From contig NMRA01000419.1 in the NCBI GenBank assembly GCA_002633005.1, positions 138,083-202,082 on the forward strand: a stretch of DNA of 64,000 nt. Reading direction: 5' to 3'. The notes beneath the pieces were generated by a model. That model was not told the DNA's origin and made no database searches. It saw only the letters and a list, made by a program, of their open reading frames with translations. Positions 37,168 through 51,200 of this stretch are shown in pieces; position 1 is the stretch's first letter, and every line of letters starts with the position of its first letter. The stretch comes from Phoronis australis (lineage: Eukaryota > Animalia > Phoronida). The translations under genes were made by a program, and so were the position numbers.

Positions 37168-38097
37168 CAGACATTGATCTACCCTGGACGGAAAAGGATC
37201 ATAAAGCATTTGATTACAGCTGACTAAATGTCAACTTACAATGGAGTGTCGTCAGTATAAAATCAAACTTCAAGTAATCCTCAATAGAAAACAACTGACA
37301 ATTCATGACAAGACTTAGTAACAAAAATAAAAGTAAAGGTATTAAAATTAAAGCTAACAAAACATTAATAATTGTTAAACATTTGCTAACAATTTAATGG
37401 CCTCAAACTTATTGCTCAAGCGGCTAATTACACTTCTTTACATAAAAATGCACACAGATCTCAAAAATGTTTTTAAAAATGCTGACAAAGTAAAATGAAA
37501 AGGTTCCAAAAGAGCTGAAAAAGTCTACAAATGTGCAAGCACATATTAAATACAGCATATAAACATGTCCGCAATATCTACATCATAAAAATGGAAACAT
37601 AGCATCTATGCTGCACAGGTGGAAAAAAGGACGACCGCAGGTAAAAACAGGACGACTGCAGGTACAAACAGGAGACAGATCAATATGGTTACAAAACAAG
37701 CATAACTTTGAGATTAAAGTATAAACAAACGAATGCAAATTAAAAGGTAAAAATGAACAATGCTTAAACTCAGTTGTGGCAAAAGGTTCCAGCAAATGTA
37801 TGTATAACACATATTGGGTTCATGCACAAATTATTACAAGTCATGAATTTTCATCAGACAACATAAAGTACTTGTCGGAATGATGAGAGATCCAACACTT
37901 AGATTAAGTATTATCAAGTGTGCTCCTATCAGCTGTCTTACAACTACTTCATACATTCGCTGCTCCACACACAATAAGTCACGTAAATACCAGAATTCTG
38001 GTATATCACATGATTCTGACCAATGGTAAAGCTAAACACAGTCAGAAGCTACTACACTGGAATGTATTCATCAGAAGGCATGTCTGCTGGAGAGAGC

Positions 38098-38505
38098 TGT
38101 CACATTTCCTCCAAGTGTCCATATATGGATGTCACATTTCCTCCAAATGTCCATATATGGATGTCACATGTCCTCCAAGTGTCCATATATGGATGTCACG
38201 TGTCCTCCAAGTGTCCATGTATGGATGTAACATGTCCTCCAAGCGTCCATATATGGATGTCACATTTCCTCCAAATGTCCATATATGGATGTCACATGTC
38301 CTCCAAGTGTCCATATATGGATGTCACGTGTCCTCCAAGTGTCCATGTATGGATGTAACATGTCCTCCAAGTGCCCATATATGGATGTCACATTTCCTCC
38401 AAATGTCCATATATGCATGTCACATGTCCTCCAAGTGTCCATGTATGAACGTCACATGTCCTCCAAGTGTCCATATATGGATGTCACGTGACATGTCCTC
38501 CAAAC
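38098..38505. repeat. 32-bp minisatellite (about 12-13 copies) with 128-bp higher-order periodicity
   Basis: Unit GTCACATGTCCTCCAAGTGTCCATATATGGAT; variant order recurs every 4 units. Confidence 0.9.
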
Positions 38506-38790
38506 CTACATATATGAACTTCTTCAGCCAGCAGTCAGAGATGACAAGTTTGCCGGTGGGTCAAATGCCGCACGGAAGCCATAAAAGTTGTCGTGCAATA
38601 GGTCCATATCAAAGACTGATGTCACTAAAACTTGCCAAAACATCTCTTTCACATCACCTGCTGTACGAGACATTTTGAGGGTGATTCAATCACATACACA
38701 TAGCAAGGCCCTGAATACTGCAACCTCATGGAACACACAAAGCTGCTATTGAACAGACGCTCCAAGCCTTAAAAACAACAGAACTCAGAT

Positions 38791-39205
38791 TTAAAATTTG
38801 CGAAGCGCATAACGATTAGAGGAGAGGTTACTGAGAACGCCTGTTAGTCTGGAACTTTGGAAAGAAGGCAAGAAGCTAGCCGCTGACTTGGTTGGTGTGT
38901 AGTAGACTGGTCGTTCATTATACGGCTCCATCACTGGTGCCACATACGGCTCGTCTTCGTACTTTTTCTTGGCAATCTCTCTCAGCATTTCAGCGTCGGC
39001 GCCTCCAATTTTTTCCACCATCTTGGTGAAGAGACCATTGGGGTTCTGCAGCAGCAGGTGTGGTGGATCGATCTCCTTGATGCGTCCAGCATCCATCACC
39101 ATCACCCGGTCCATATCGATGACCGAGGTCAAGCGATGGGCCACAATAGCTACTGTACTACACTTGAACTTCTGTCGTAAGGACTTCTGAATGAGAGCAT
39201 CAACT
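38791..39205 (-). CDS. ABCC4: ABCC4-like last coding exon (H-loop VAHRL; C-terminus ...RYALRKF*)
   Basis: ttacag acceptor; TAA stop. Confidence 0.9.
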
Positions 39206-42200
39206 CTGTAAAGAAATTATCAGTTAAGTTGAACACAAATGTTGTCAATTACATGTCAACAAATAGGTTTGGTTGTGCACAAGATCAGCTAGAAATTGCC
39301 AACTGTCTCTGATAACATGTAGCACATTACACTTCCCTCATTATCAAAAGAGTCTAATATCTGTTTTCCATCCCGTGATTTCTTCATCTGTTAATATTCT
39401 AAATACAGAGTTGTGTATTAACCCTTTAATGCAAAGTGATGTAAAGCCAGCAGGCATCATGAATAACGTATTATTTCTCTTTTTATGAATCAATAGGATG
39501 TAGAAACAACAAGTGTCACAAACTTCATAAAATCAACAATCATGTAAGATAAGACATGGCTCCAATCATGTAAGATAAGACATGGCTCCAACACTCTCAT
39601 ATAACTAACAAACCGTTCATTAACTACTAGTTCTAATAAATAGTTTGTGGCCTGGAGAAAATGTAATTTCTGTCACATGTTTCACACAAATGAGAAATTC
39701 CCACAAAAACTTGAGAACCTAATTCTCACCTCTGATGGATGTGTCCCGTGGTCTCCTCGTAAATCAAGATGGAGTTGTGTCTGATGAGCGCCCGCGCAAG
39801 GCACAACAGTTGTTTCTGACCTAATGTGAACACGTGACCTATATCAGACAGATCGGCGTACAGTTTACCAGGGAGGCTTTCTATCTTCTTCTTCAAGTGC
39901 ACTTCCTCTATAGCCTTCCATAACTGTGCATCTGTGTACAGTGACGAAGGGTCCAGATTCTTCCGCACTGTCCCGCTCAATAACACAGGATCCTACCATT
40001 AAACAAATTAATTTTAAAAATAAAAAAATGTTCGTTTATACAAGAAGGGAGGAACAGCTGCGGTGCTGAATCAAATAAGGCAGGGTCGGTTCAGTGTTCT
40101 GCTCTTTGGATAATCTAGTTGGTGGTGGGCTATAAGTTCATTTTTTATGCTTTTTATTCATTGCTTTGAAAATCCAGGCATTTCAGACCTTGTTCATTTC
40201 AGACCTTGTTCATTTCAGACTATGTTCATTTCACACCTTGTTCATTTCACACCTTGTTTATACTTGCTTTTTGTGTCTATGCAACTTTTCAAAACACATG
40301 AGACTGGTGGAACTTGATGCAGGTAGGCATTGTTTAATGTGTCAGAACAGGTCTCAGCATGGGTCGGACAGACACACGAACCATCAAAATATGTTTTTGG
40401 GCAAATAATTAAATTTACTCAAATCAAATTTTGGTGAAAGCTGTGTCGCAGGGCCACAAGGTGGCATTAGTGAACCACTTGTGAAGATGAATGTCATGCT
40501 CATGACTCACAACACAGAGTGATGAAGATGACTGGCAACCAGCGAAAGATCTTGATAAAATTTCACCAAATTGATGGCAGCACAGATTAATTATTTGATT
40601 CTAACATTAAGATTCACTTAACATTGCAGAAAAAGTTGTTCCAGTGGTTTTAATATCAATATGGATTGAGCATTTTTTCTTCTGTTTGCAAGGTGAAAGC
40701 AATCTTAGTACAATCTTTACAAAATATCGACACACACAGGCTATTGCAATTTTTATAAAAGTGTTCGAGTAAAACCTTTGAATGCAAAGGGAACATTTGT
40801 GAACAAAGCAACATTTGTGAACAAAGCAACATTTGTGAACAAAGCAACATTTGTGAACAAAGCAACATTTGTGAACAAAGCAACATTTGTGAACAAAGCA
40901 ACATTCAACTACGCACGAACCTGTGGAATGATTGAGATTTTCTCCCGAAGATCTTGCAAACCAATTTCCTTTGTATCTAACCCGTCAATTCTTACAGTCC
41001 CGTTAGGCTCAATAAGACGTAAGATGGCAGCCACAAGTGTGCTCTTCCCAGCCCCTGGTCGCCCTATCAGGCCGATCTGGAAGAAAGATACAACATTTAT
41101 TAATGGAGACACCAAGTACACACTGCCTGCAGCCACCAAGTACACATTGCCTGCAGACACCAAGTACACAATGCCTGCAGACACCAAGAACACATTGCCT
41201 GCACAAATGTGACTTTCGTCATATGTAATCCTCTGTATCTGAATCTGTGTAGAATAAACTATTGAGGCCATATTATTTTATGACCTACACCATCTTCAGA
41301 CTTCGGAACCGAATGTTGGAAGTCTCACTTTTGATGGTGAGTTTGCAATGTAAAGGGCTTCTAACAGTTAAACCAGACACAATTTAAAGGTAAGTAATAA
41401 AACACAAAAACATAGTTCAAAGGCTGCGCTGATCTCCAACACAAATCGGTATTATTCACAAAAGCATGGTCACGTGATTACAAATATCAAGGCATTGTTT
41501 CCATTGATGTAATTAGATGTTGCCGTGATCCTTAAGAACATGAAAATTCATAACTTGATAGGCCGACAATCAGTGTTTTAAATTGCTACAATTTTTGAAA
41601 ACATTTTAGTCTCTGTAACATGTTAGTCTCTGTAACATGTTATTCTCTGAAACATGTTAGTCTCTGTAACATGTTAGTCTCTGTAACAACGATAAGCAGT
41701 TACCTTAAAAGAAGGTATAGCCTAAAAGTCAAGTGTGTGTTAATTCTTAAAATGTTTTCAGATTTATGAAAAAAAATTTGGCCATAAACCATTGTAAGAA
41801 AATTTGGTTCAACTGAGAAATTACATCTTTTATACTTCACCTGTACCTTGATTTAACATATTTGTTTTGTGTTTCACATGTTAACACTATAACAACACTA
41901 TGAACAACGAGGCATACTCTTGGCAATTTAATTTTATTCATGGTAAGGAAATAAGTTTTCTTTCGGTTAGAATAGACTATTCAATAAGACACATTAAAAG
42001 TAATCAAACAAAATATTGTTTTTCCATGTTGACCAACATGTCTCCACCTCTCATGGTGATTTACTATAGTCACTCTGATGGTGAAGATCACTTGCACTCA
42101 GCAGTCACAACGTGGAGGTCAAGGTCATTCACTCAACAATCCCAGTCCATTTCCTCACCTTTTCTTGTGCTCTCAAGCAACATGTGACATTCTTCAGCAC

Positions 42201-45200
42201 CTTAGGCCCGCCTTTCTTATACATGATTGACACAGACTCCAGAGTGATGATGCCATATTTGGGCCACTGTAGAGGAGGTCGTGAAGGCAGAACTGCCGCT
42301 GCCTCAGGCTCCATTGAACTGTACTTGAGGATCTTGGCAACAGATGACAGCTGGAAAGTTACAACATAGCAGTAGTACTATGAGTGTACAATGGTGAGAA
42401 ACATTAACAAGACACTTCAGTTTGGTTACATGGGCCCAAATATAAACACAAACAGCATACTGATGAACTGAAAACTAAGTGCTAGAAGCCAAAGTCTGAT
42501 TAAATATATAACACAAAAAACTTCATAATACATTTGAGGATCAAACATAAAATCCTGTCAGGTAAATTTTCTCGGGCTACATTTCCTCAATGCTAAAAGT
42601 GATGAGAAATCGCCCTCTACTTTACACGGCACAGCTGTCTAGATCAACAGGAGGCACACTGCTAGTCCCTTGAGTCAGGTTTCTAGCTCCTCAGCTCAGT
42701 TTTAACTATATATTAAAGAAAAAAATAGTTCCAGGTGATCAGTGTAATGGGCCCACATGTGTGGTCTGCGCATATAAGGTAAATGTACTAGACTGTCTTT
42801 ATACGTGACCCAGCACCACAAAATAAGTCTTAAATAGAGATTTGTCATTTTCGTAATTGTTATTTTTTCTGAAAATACAGCATTTTCACCAAACCTGTTG
42901 TATCTTAAATTTAGAAATCACAGCGTTCCATTAAAATTGGTTTGACTAAATTGGTTTATACTGTTTCAGGTAACTAACTTTGTCCCTAGTATGACTGAAG
43001 GTCTCAAAAACAGGGCTTGGAATGACCAATGACAAAATACGCGGAAACTTTGAAACTTTTACGGCCCAAATCATGCCCGATAACCAGCCTTGAAATGGTC
43101 AATGTGAACCTCTCCCCGACAAAAATCGGGACTAAAAAAAAAAAAAACGTTACCACCATCAGTAGCATGCGTCTGCGTCCTTTTACCTCGCCCGTCCACT
43201 CCCAACCCACACATTTTTGGCTGCAGAGCGGTAGTATTTGTCGCCGCACTCAACAATGACAAGAGACGCCATTGAAAATCCCACCACGTTGTCCCAGATG
43301 CCCCGGCAATGTTGACAATTTACGTTCCTCCGAAACATAAAGAGCAACTTCTGCTTTTCGAGGTGAACGTCATCTGCAACGCCGCGGTAAGAAAGGAATT
43401 TGCCGCGGAAATTTTATATCAAATCCGATTTTTTTAAGTGGAAATATTATAAAAAAAGCGGAAAGCACATTTGAAAAAAGCGGAAATCCGCGTTTCCGCG
43501 GAAATTTCCAAGCCCAGCAAAAAACAATTTAATTTTCATGAAGCAGACCCCCAAAAAGTAATATTCATGTTGGGCCACTGCAACTGGGTCAATAAATTTC
43601 CCAGCTAATGTAAAAAGGACCAGTCCACTTTTCGCAGGAGGGGTTACCGCAAGTAAAACAAGGTAGTTTAAGTGTAATTTGACAACGTTTAATAAAATAC
43701 AGTCCAGTCTGTTACAAAATACAAATTAGTGGCTGACTCTTGTTCACAATAATTCAAAATTCTATTAATAACCTGAAAATAACTTACAGCGACTCATCCC
43801 TAGCTATATTTTCCACAGACAACTGCAGAGCAACAATTTCTTTGATAGCACACCGCTTGATGCAGCCCTGTCCAAGATCATTCTCGGAACTTTCAGTTAT
43901 ATGTTGGACTAGTGACACTTCTGTTGTATTTACCCCCAATGCAATATGTATTTACCCCCAATGCAATATGTANNNNNNNNNNNNNNNNNNNNNNNNNNNN
44001 NNNNNNNNNNNNNNNNNNNNNNNNNNNNNNNNNNNNNNNNNNNNNNNNNNNNNNNNNNNNNNNNNNNNNNNNNNNNNNNNNNNNNNNNNNNNNNNNNNNN
44101 NNNNNNNNNNNNNNNNNNNNNNNNNNNNNNNNNNNNNNNNNNNNNNNNNNNNNNNNNNNNNNNNNNNNNNNNNNNNNNNNNNNNNNNNNNNNNNNNNNNN
44201 NNNNNNNNNNNNNNNNNNNNNNNNNNNNNNNNNNNNNNNNNNNNNNNNNNNNNNNNNNNNNNNNNNNNNNNNNNNNNNNNNNNNNNNNNNNNNNNNNNNN
44301 NNNNNNNNNNNNNNNNNNNNNNNNNNNNNNNNNNNNNNNNNNNNNNNNNNNNNNNNNNNNNNNNNNNNNNNNNNNNNNNNNNNNNNNNNNNNNNNNNNNN
44401 NNNNNNNNNNNNNNNNNNNNNNNNNNNNNNNNNNNNNNNNNNNNNNNNNNNNNNNNNNNNNNNNNNNNNNNNNNNNNNNNNNNNNNNNNNNNNNNNNNNN
44501 NNNNNNNNNNNNNNNNNNNNNNNNNNNNNNNNNNNNNNNNNNNNNNNNNNNNNNNNNNNNNNNNNNNNNNNNNNNNNNNNNNNNNNNNNNNNNNNNNNNN
44601 NNNNNNNNNNNNNNNNNNNNNNNNNNNNNNNNNNNNNNNNNNNNNNNNNNNNNNNNNNNNNNNNNNNNNNNNNNNNNNNNNNNNNNNNNNNNNNNNNNNN
44701 NNNNNNNNNNNNNNNNNNNNNNNNNNNNNNNNNNNNNNNNNNNNNNNNNNNNNNNNNNNNNNNNNNNNNNNNNNNNNNNNNNNNNNNNNNNNNNNNNNNN
44801 NNNNNNNNNNNNNNNNNNNNNNNNNNNNNNNNNNNNNNACAGTCAACCTGTGTAAATCATTAATTAAGAGCACATTAATGTCTCACATCGTTATACTAGA
44901 CACAGTCAACCTGTGTAAATCATTAATTAAGAGCACATTAATGTCTCACATCGTTATACTAGACACAGTCAACCTGTGTAAATTATTAATTAAGAGCACA
45001 TTAATGTCTCACATCCTTATACTAGACACAGTCAACCTGTGTAAATTATTAATTAAGAGCACATTAATGTCTCACATCCTTATACTAGACACAGTCAACA
45101 TGTGCATTTAGTCCAATATTTATAAATTGAATTAGAAAGATTAAAGTACATATTTCCTGAAAGTCCAAAGTCTGTTGAATTCCATTTTTAACTTAAACAT

Positions 45201-48200
45201 AAAACTGAAATTCATTGGATAATGCAACCATGTCTCTTATGTACTAAAAATTATCACAAAATGTACATTGTAAAACAATGGTTTCAATAACAAGGCCAAA
45301 TTTCATTTATAATTAAAATTAATGTTCAATGAATTCTCAAAATCATTTTTACAGTTTTCTAAATAATGGTTTTGCTTTCATTTTACAGAAAGTTTCACTC
45401 GAATCTCTGACTATATGATGTATTGAAATTAGCCAAATTTGGCATTTTCCATATCATATAATTTTAACAAATTTGACAGACCAAACTGTCTCACACTGCT
45501 AATGCTGGTCAAATCCTTCATTTTGTTCTCCTCGCCCTACTCTTACTCCTGAGATGGGAAGATATTAGACAAAATATTCTACGTCATGACACATGTACAA
45601 AAGTCGCACTAGTATTATCAACAACATCATTGCAACAATATTCTGTTTAAAACTTCAAGTTAAACATGGCTTTGGAAGGGAAGCAGACGTCATTTCAACT
45701 TGGGTCCAATTCAACTAAAACTTGCATACATCAGATCCAACTAAGAGGAGATATTTTATGAGTATGGTGAAATCCAAATGATACGACGGATTGAGTGAAT
45801 GAAGTAGAACAACTATGCAATGGACATTTGTCAGAGTTAGACAAAAATCTGACTTATCCATGTTCAACTCATGCGAGTTTTTGTATATAATCATCAAAAT
45901 ACTCCCAGAATCTTAAAAGATTGCGTGACTTTTAGACAACAGCACCTTGCATTCAAGTTCCAATGGTTTGAAAAGCATTGACAAAACTGGCAATCAAATC
46001 TTATTTCCTGGTAATGTACACAACAATGGGCCACCGACTGTAAACTGAATTGTGCGTCTTGGCAAATTATATAGTCACTAGTGATATGGAACGCATTTGG
46101 TAATTGCATTTCATTGTCTTGAATAGCCAACAGATGGCAGTACTATACAATTGACCTACCTGTGAACTCCTTAGTGACCACGACACCAAAGGCAACCAGA
46201 GTGACAAACAACATGAGCAGAATATCAAGCCTGAGTGCGATCCACCTGGCAGTAGCAATACCCATGTAGCAGACTGCTGTGTGTCTGTCCTGGTATGTAT
46301 CAAATGTATGTAGGAACCTTTCCTCATTCTTTAAGGCTCGTACCGTCCACAGCCCTTCTAAGGTAGCAGTGAGGTGAGTGTAGATAGGGGTACGAGCTGT
46401 TGGCAAGGAAATAAACAAACTACTTACATCAACAGTTGGGCTAATTTTTATTAAAGATACAAAACATTCACCGTCAATGGCTTCTGATGCCAACAATAGA
46501 CTTTTGAATTACAAACTTTCAGGAAGCAATGGAGGCCGATCCCGAAGGACCAGTGACTCATAGTGGCACCTGGCTGTACCACGAGGTACTTTGTCTTCGT
46601 AGCGAGTGGCAAAGGGGAAAATTTTGACTTCGTGAAAAGATCATTTTACAATGTATGTAATTAGACATGATGTATCTTAAACAAAAGTTAGAAAGTGCCA
46701 CTGATTACAGTCCCACATGGTTTAGTCGCCATCTTGAAAGTCTCCATTAGAGTACCTGTCACAGTATGTTGCTTTACATTGGTATCAAGTTTAAGAGGTA
46801 GATATGACTGGACTCTGAATACAACCTAGGAGTCTAATCTTCAGCAATAATCATTTCTGTATCCTTCCACAGCCAAAATATCCCTCCTAATCTCTGTAAA
46901 GAATTACTCTAGACAAAGTTCAAAGCAGTTACACTATCAGTATTTCAAGCCATAAGTCAGCATTTCAAGTTAACATAAAAAATTGGTGATTATGGAACAG
47001 GGTGTTTAAAAATAAATAATTTCACATAGCTTAGTTAGCCACTTAACACCATCTATCTACAGTGAAACACTAAATTACCATAATTATAATTTGTACTCAA
47101 ACTGAACCAGCTGAAAACATGCTCTAGGTGGTCAATACACAAACGTCAAGACACTTGTTTAATCCAAACACTCACTTTGTTCATCAGTCTATTCCCCATT
47201 ATGTATACAAGATATACTAGATCATACCACTTGAGAGTCAACGTGTAACAGTGACACTATCACCCACACAACATATACTTCAAACTTGGCTCTTACATTA
47301 TCACTTGAATCAAATAGAAATTAATGGAGCTGGTAACGGCATTCAAGCCATCACATCCCAATGCTCAACTGCACAACCACACATAGTGCTTGGTTTTGTT
47401 TTCAGAATTAAGTTTGCCCAAGCCATATCACATTAAACAGCACACGCAGCTTTGATATTTATAATCTAAAAAGTTGAAAGTTCAGAATGTGCGACACTGT
47501 AGACTTACATGTGGCCTCCATCCGCCTAATGTCCCTAGCTGTCTGGATATAATAATATCGAGCGTAACCGAATATGAAGGCCAACACAAGTAGGATAATG
47601 AACAACCAATAGTTCATGGCACACACAGTCATCACACAGACCAACACTAGGCTGAAACTCTGTAACAATGAACAGTTGGGTTATGAACAAGATGGCAAAT
47701 TGTGACCAATATGGAGGATAACAAACAAGGATGAACAACAGTCAGTAATTCATGGTTTAGTCATCAGTCAGAACAAAACTAAGCTGAACTTTGTATAAAC
47801 AGACTAATGTTGTATTCTGGTTTCACACACCATAGACACTGGACTTATTTAACATTCACACAAGAATAAATCCTGCAGTTCCATTGGTCCAACCCTCAAA
47901 ATAAATAACAAGAGCAACGCGGAGCGTTGAAATGCGCCAACGAATGCATTACAAATGGTGTGCTTTTAGGGTTATTTATTTGTATCATAAAAATGGCCAC
48001 TAGATGGCGCAAAAACATACAATCCATCCAAAAACGGGAACATGCCATATTTCATAAAAATCTGTCAAGGAACTTCAGAGAAACGAAGGAAAACAGAATA
48101 AAATGAAATTGCCACTAGTGGGCACAGTGTCCGTTGGATCCGCCTGAAAGTCGTCGTCATTTGTTGTTATCTTCATATAAATACACTTACTAAATTTAGT

Positions 48201-51200
48201 AAAGATCCTGCAGTGGGTTTAGAAGATACAACTATAGGCACAAAAAAAATACCACTAGGAGGAAACGCAGTAGTCAGTCACCATCATCAAACGTCATCTT
48301 CACACTGAGAAGTTCAACATAAATGCCAATTTTCAAATGATTTGGTTGATACAGGGGTGGACACCAAAAACAAGATTTGAAAACAGCAAAAAATGGCCAC
48401 TAGGTGGTGCAAAAAACCTCGATTCCATACAAAAACAGGAAGATAGCGTCATCACATCAATAGATGCCTATATTTAAAATTTTATGTTGAGGACCTTTGA
48501 AGATACTGAGTTAAACGTAAAAAATTGAAATTGCCACTAGGGGGCACAGCAGTAGTCAGATCTGTCCCAAAGTCGTCGTCATCCGTAGACAAATACACTT
48601 GCTAAATTAAGTAAAGATCCTGCGAACGGTTAAGGAGATACAGCCATAGGCGCAACAAAAACAAAACTGCCACTAGGAGGTGCCACAGTAATTGAAATCG
48701 TCGGAAAAGCATCGTCAACCGTCCTCTTCATAGTAAGCACATACATGCCAATTTTCACAATCATCCTTTGAGCGGTTTGGTTGATAGAGGGGTGGACACA
48801 AAAAACAGACTCGAAAATAGTAAAAATGGCCACTAGGTGGCGCAAACTACGTTGAATCCATCCGAAAACGGGAGGATAGCGTCATCTCACCAATAGGTGC
48901 CTACATACCAAATTTCATGAAAATCCGTTCAGGACTTTTGAAGATACAAAGGTAAGCGTAAAAACTAAAACTGCCACTAGGGGGCAAACCGGTAGTTGCA
49001 TCCGTCCGAAAGTTCTCTCATGTTGTCCCATTCATGAACGAAACATATGTGCCAAATTTTATGAACGTATGTCAAAGGGTTTTGGAGATAGAGCAGCGGG
49101 TGCCGGACGGACGCCGCCCAGACGGACGCACGGAGATGACGGCATAATGCGTCGACATATAAATATGTGGGCGCATAAAAACAATAAACTTTGATGCAAA
49201 ACCAAAATCCGTCCAATTGATAATGGTACTTCAAGGTAAAACACTGGCCAAGAAGACCCCTACAAAACATACTTTCTGATGGGAACTCGTTTGACGTAAG
49301 TCTTGATACACATGGTAGTTTAGACAGTGCTGAGATGTTAAATTCATTTGTTGAATATTATAGTATGTAAAATAGGCAACAATTATACATTTTATGGCTA
49401 TTGTGAGAAGAGTTAGAAAACAACTTCAAGGTTGGTAATTGTTTTGTAAAATAACATGAACATACAAAACAGACACTTAAGACATTGAAGACATGGAAAA
49501 TGCAATCAAAAACAACAATACCTGAATAGTGTCAAAGAACGTGGAGGGAAGCAGGTCGTCTACAAAACTGACATCTTGAGAGAATCGTCTCAGAATACGA
49601 CCTAAAGAGCAAATGATGCAGATGTTAGTTTGTGTCGTACATATGAGAGCAGACAATCTTTTGTCAAGTAGTCAGCTGGAGGCAACTTGACTCAAAATAG
49701 AAACTGACAATTGTGATATGCAATATTATTAGTGCTAGCATAGTAAGGTGTTTCATTAACTATGTGCATATGGTAATCAACAGTACTATAATTACCCAGC
49801 GGACTCCTCTCAAAGAATAGAATGGGTGCTCGAATGACAGCTTCAAACATGTCGTCATGGAGAATTTTCGATGTCCTTAACGCCGAGATCAGAAACACTA
49901 TTGAGGACATAATGGTAAAGATGAGTGCTGCCACCGTGAGACCAACGTATATGGCCAGGTTATAGTAAATGCCATCAGGCCCCAGTAGGTTACTGTTGAC
50001 ATTGCTCTGAGTTTGATTACGGTACAGACTTGCCCTGCACATGAAAGAAGAGAAAAATAGTCTTGAAAATGAACAGTCTGATGGCGATCATTCTTATCGA
50101 TTTAAAATCTGTAGATAAATAGAAAACTGGACAAACCAAGCCGTATGTTAATGTCATGAGCCATTACAAAGGCTAGGCAAGATTGTCTTAGCTTGCTAAC
50201 AATAAAACTAGATTTGATCTGATCTGTCTAATAAATGACAAGAGGTGACTCTAACTATTGTTTATCAGTTGATACATATAATCTTGGCCTAACTACTGTT
50301 GACCAGTTGATACATACAATCTTGGCCTGACTACTGTTGACCAGTTGATACATACAATCTTGGCCTGACTACTGTTGACCAGTTGATACATACAATCTTG
50401 GCCTGACTACTGTTGACCAGTTGATACACACAATCTTGGCTTAACCATTAGAAACTTACCAAAATGCAAGCCACCAGTCACTCAGAACATAAGAAGCCTG
50501 AAAACAAATGGCAAGGATTGTTAAATTATAATTATATTTTAAGTCTACGACGAATCACCATTTAATAAAACTACAATTAAGTATTAAATCAGTGGGCAGA
50601 AAGGGCAAAGTTCAAAGTTCAAAGTAAGAGAAAACAAAAAAGGGCAAAGTTCAAAGAAAGAGAAAACAAAAAGGGAAAAGTTCAAAGTAATAGAAAACAA
50701 AAAAGGGCAAAGTTCAAAGTAAGAGAAAACAATATTTCTTTAGCCCAAAATAAGACTTATTAGACATTGAGCTGTTTAGCACATCGACATCAAAAAGTAT
50801 TAGCATGCCTATTCTCAGGGGATCATAAAGTTAAATCAAAACAATAGAAACTCAACAAGGCAACAGTCTTATTAGTACCTAAACAACCCTGAATAAATTG
50901 TTAACATAAAAAAGTAAAGAAATATCAGCCTCTGAACCCTGAACTTCAGACAAAACCTTTAATACCTGCTTGACAGTCTGACGACTCATTGTTACAAGAG
51001 ACAAGATGGTCACTCCACATACAGCCATACCAACTTCATTATAACATCATATAAACATAACATGAGCTCAAACTAAGAGTTGAGTAAAAACTGGGAGTCT
51101 TGTTGCAAAGACTGGGTCTTTGAGCCACGGAAACAAAAGTTCAAACAGCTTTATCCAAACACCCATAGACCACTATGAGACAGAATGCTTTGTTGTTGCA

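Noticed and set aside
37920-38678. 252-aa Cys/His-rich ORF resembling a zinc finger
   Set aside because: Derived from the 32-bp minisatellite, antisense to the ABCC 3' region; no C2H2 spacing.
43788-43870. Candidate for the missing ABCC TM12 exon
   Set aside because: The required phase-0 end contains TGA and the peptide is not TM12-like; the real exon is probably in gap 43973-44838.
43740-45111. ORFs of more than 290 aa here and at 34912-35805
   Set aside because: They span N-gaps and are artefacts.
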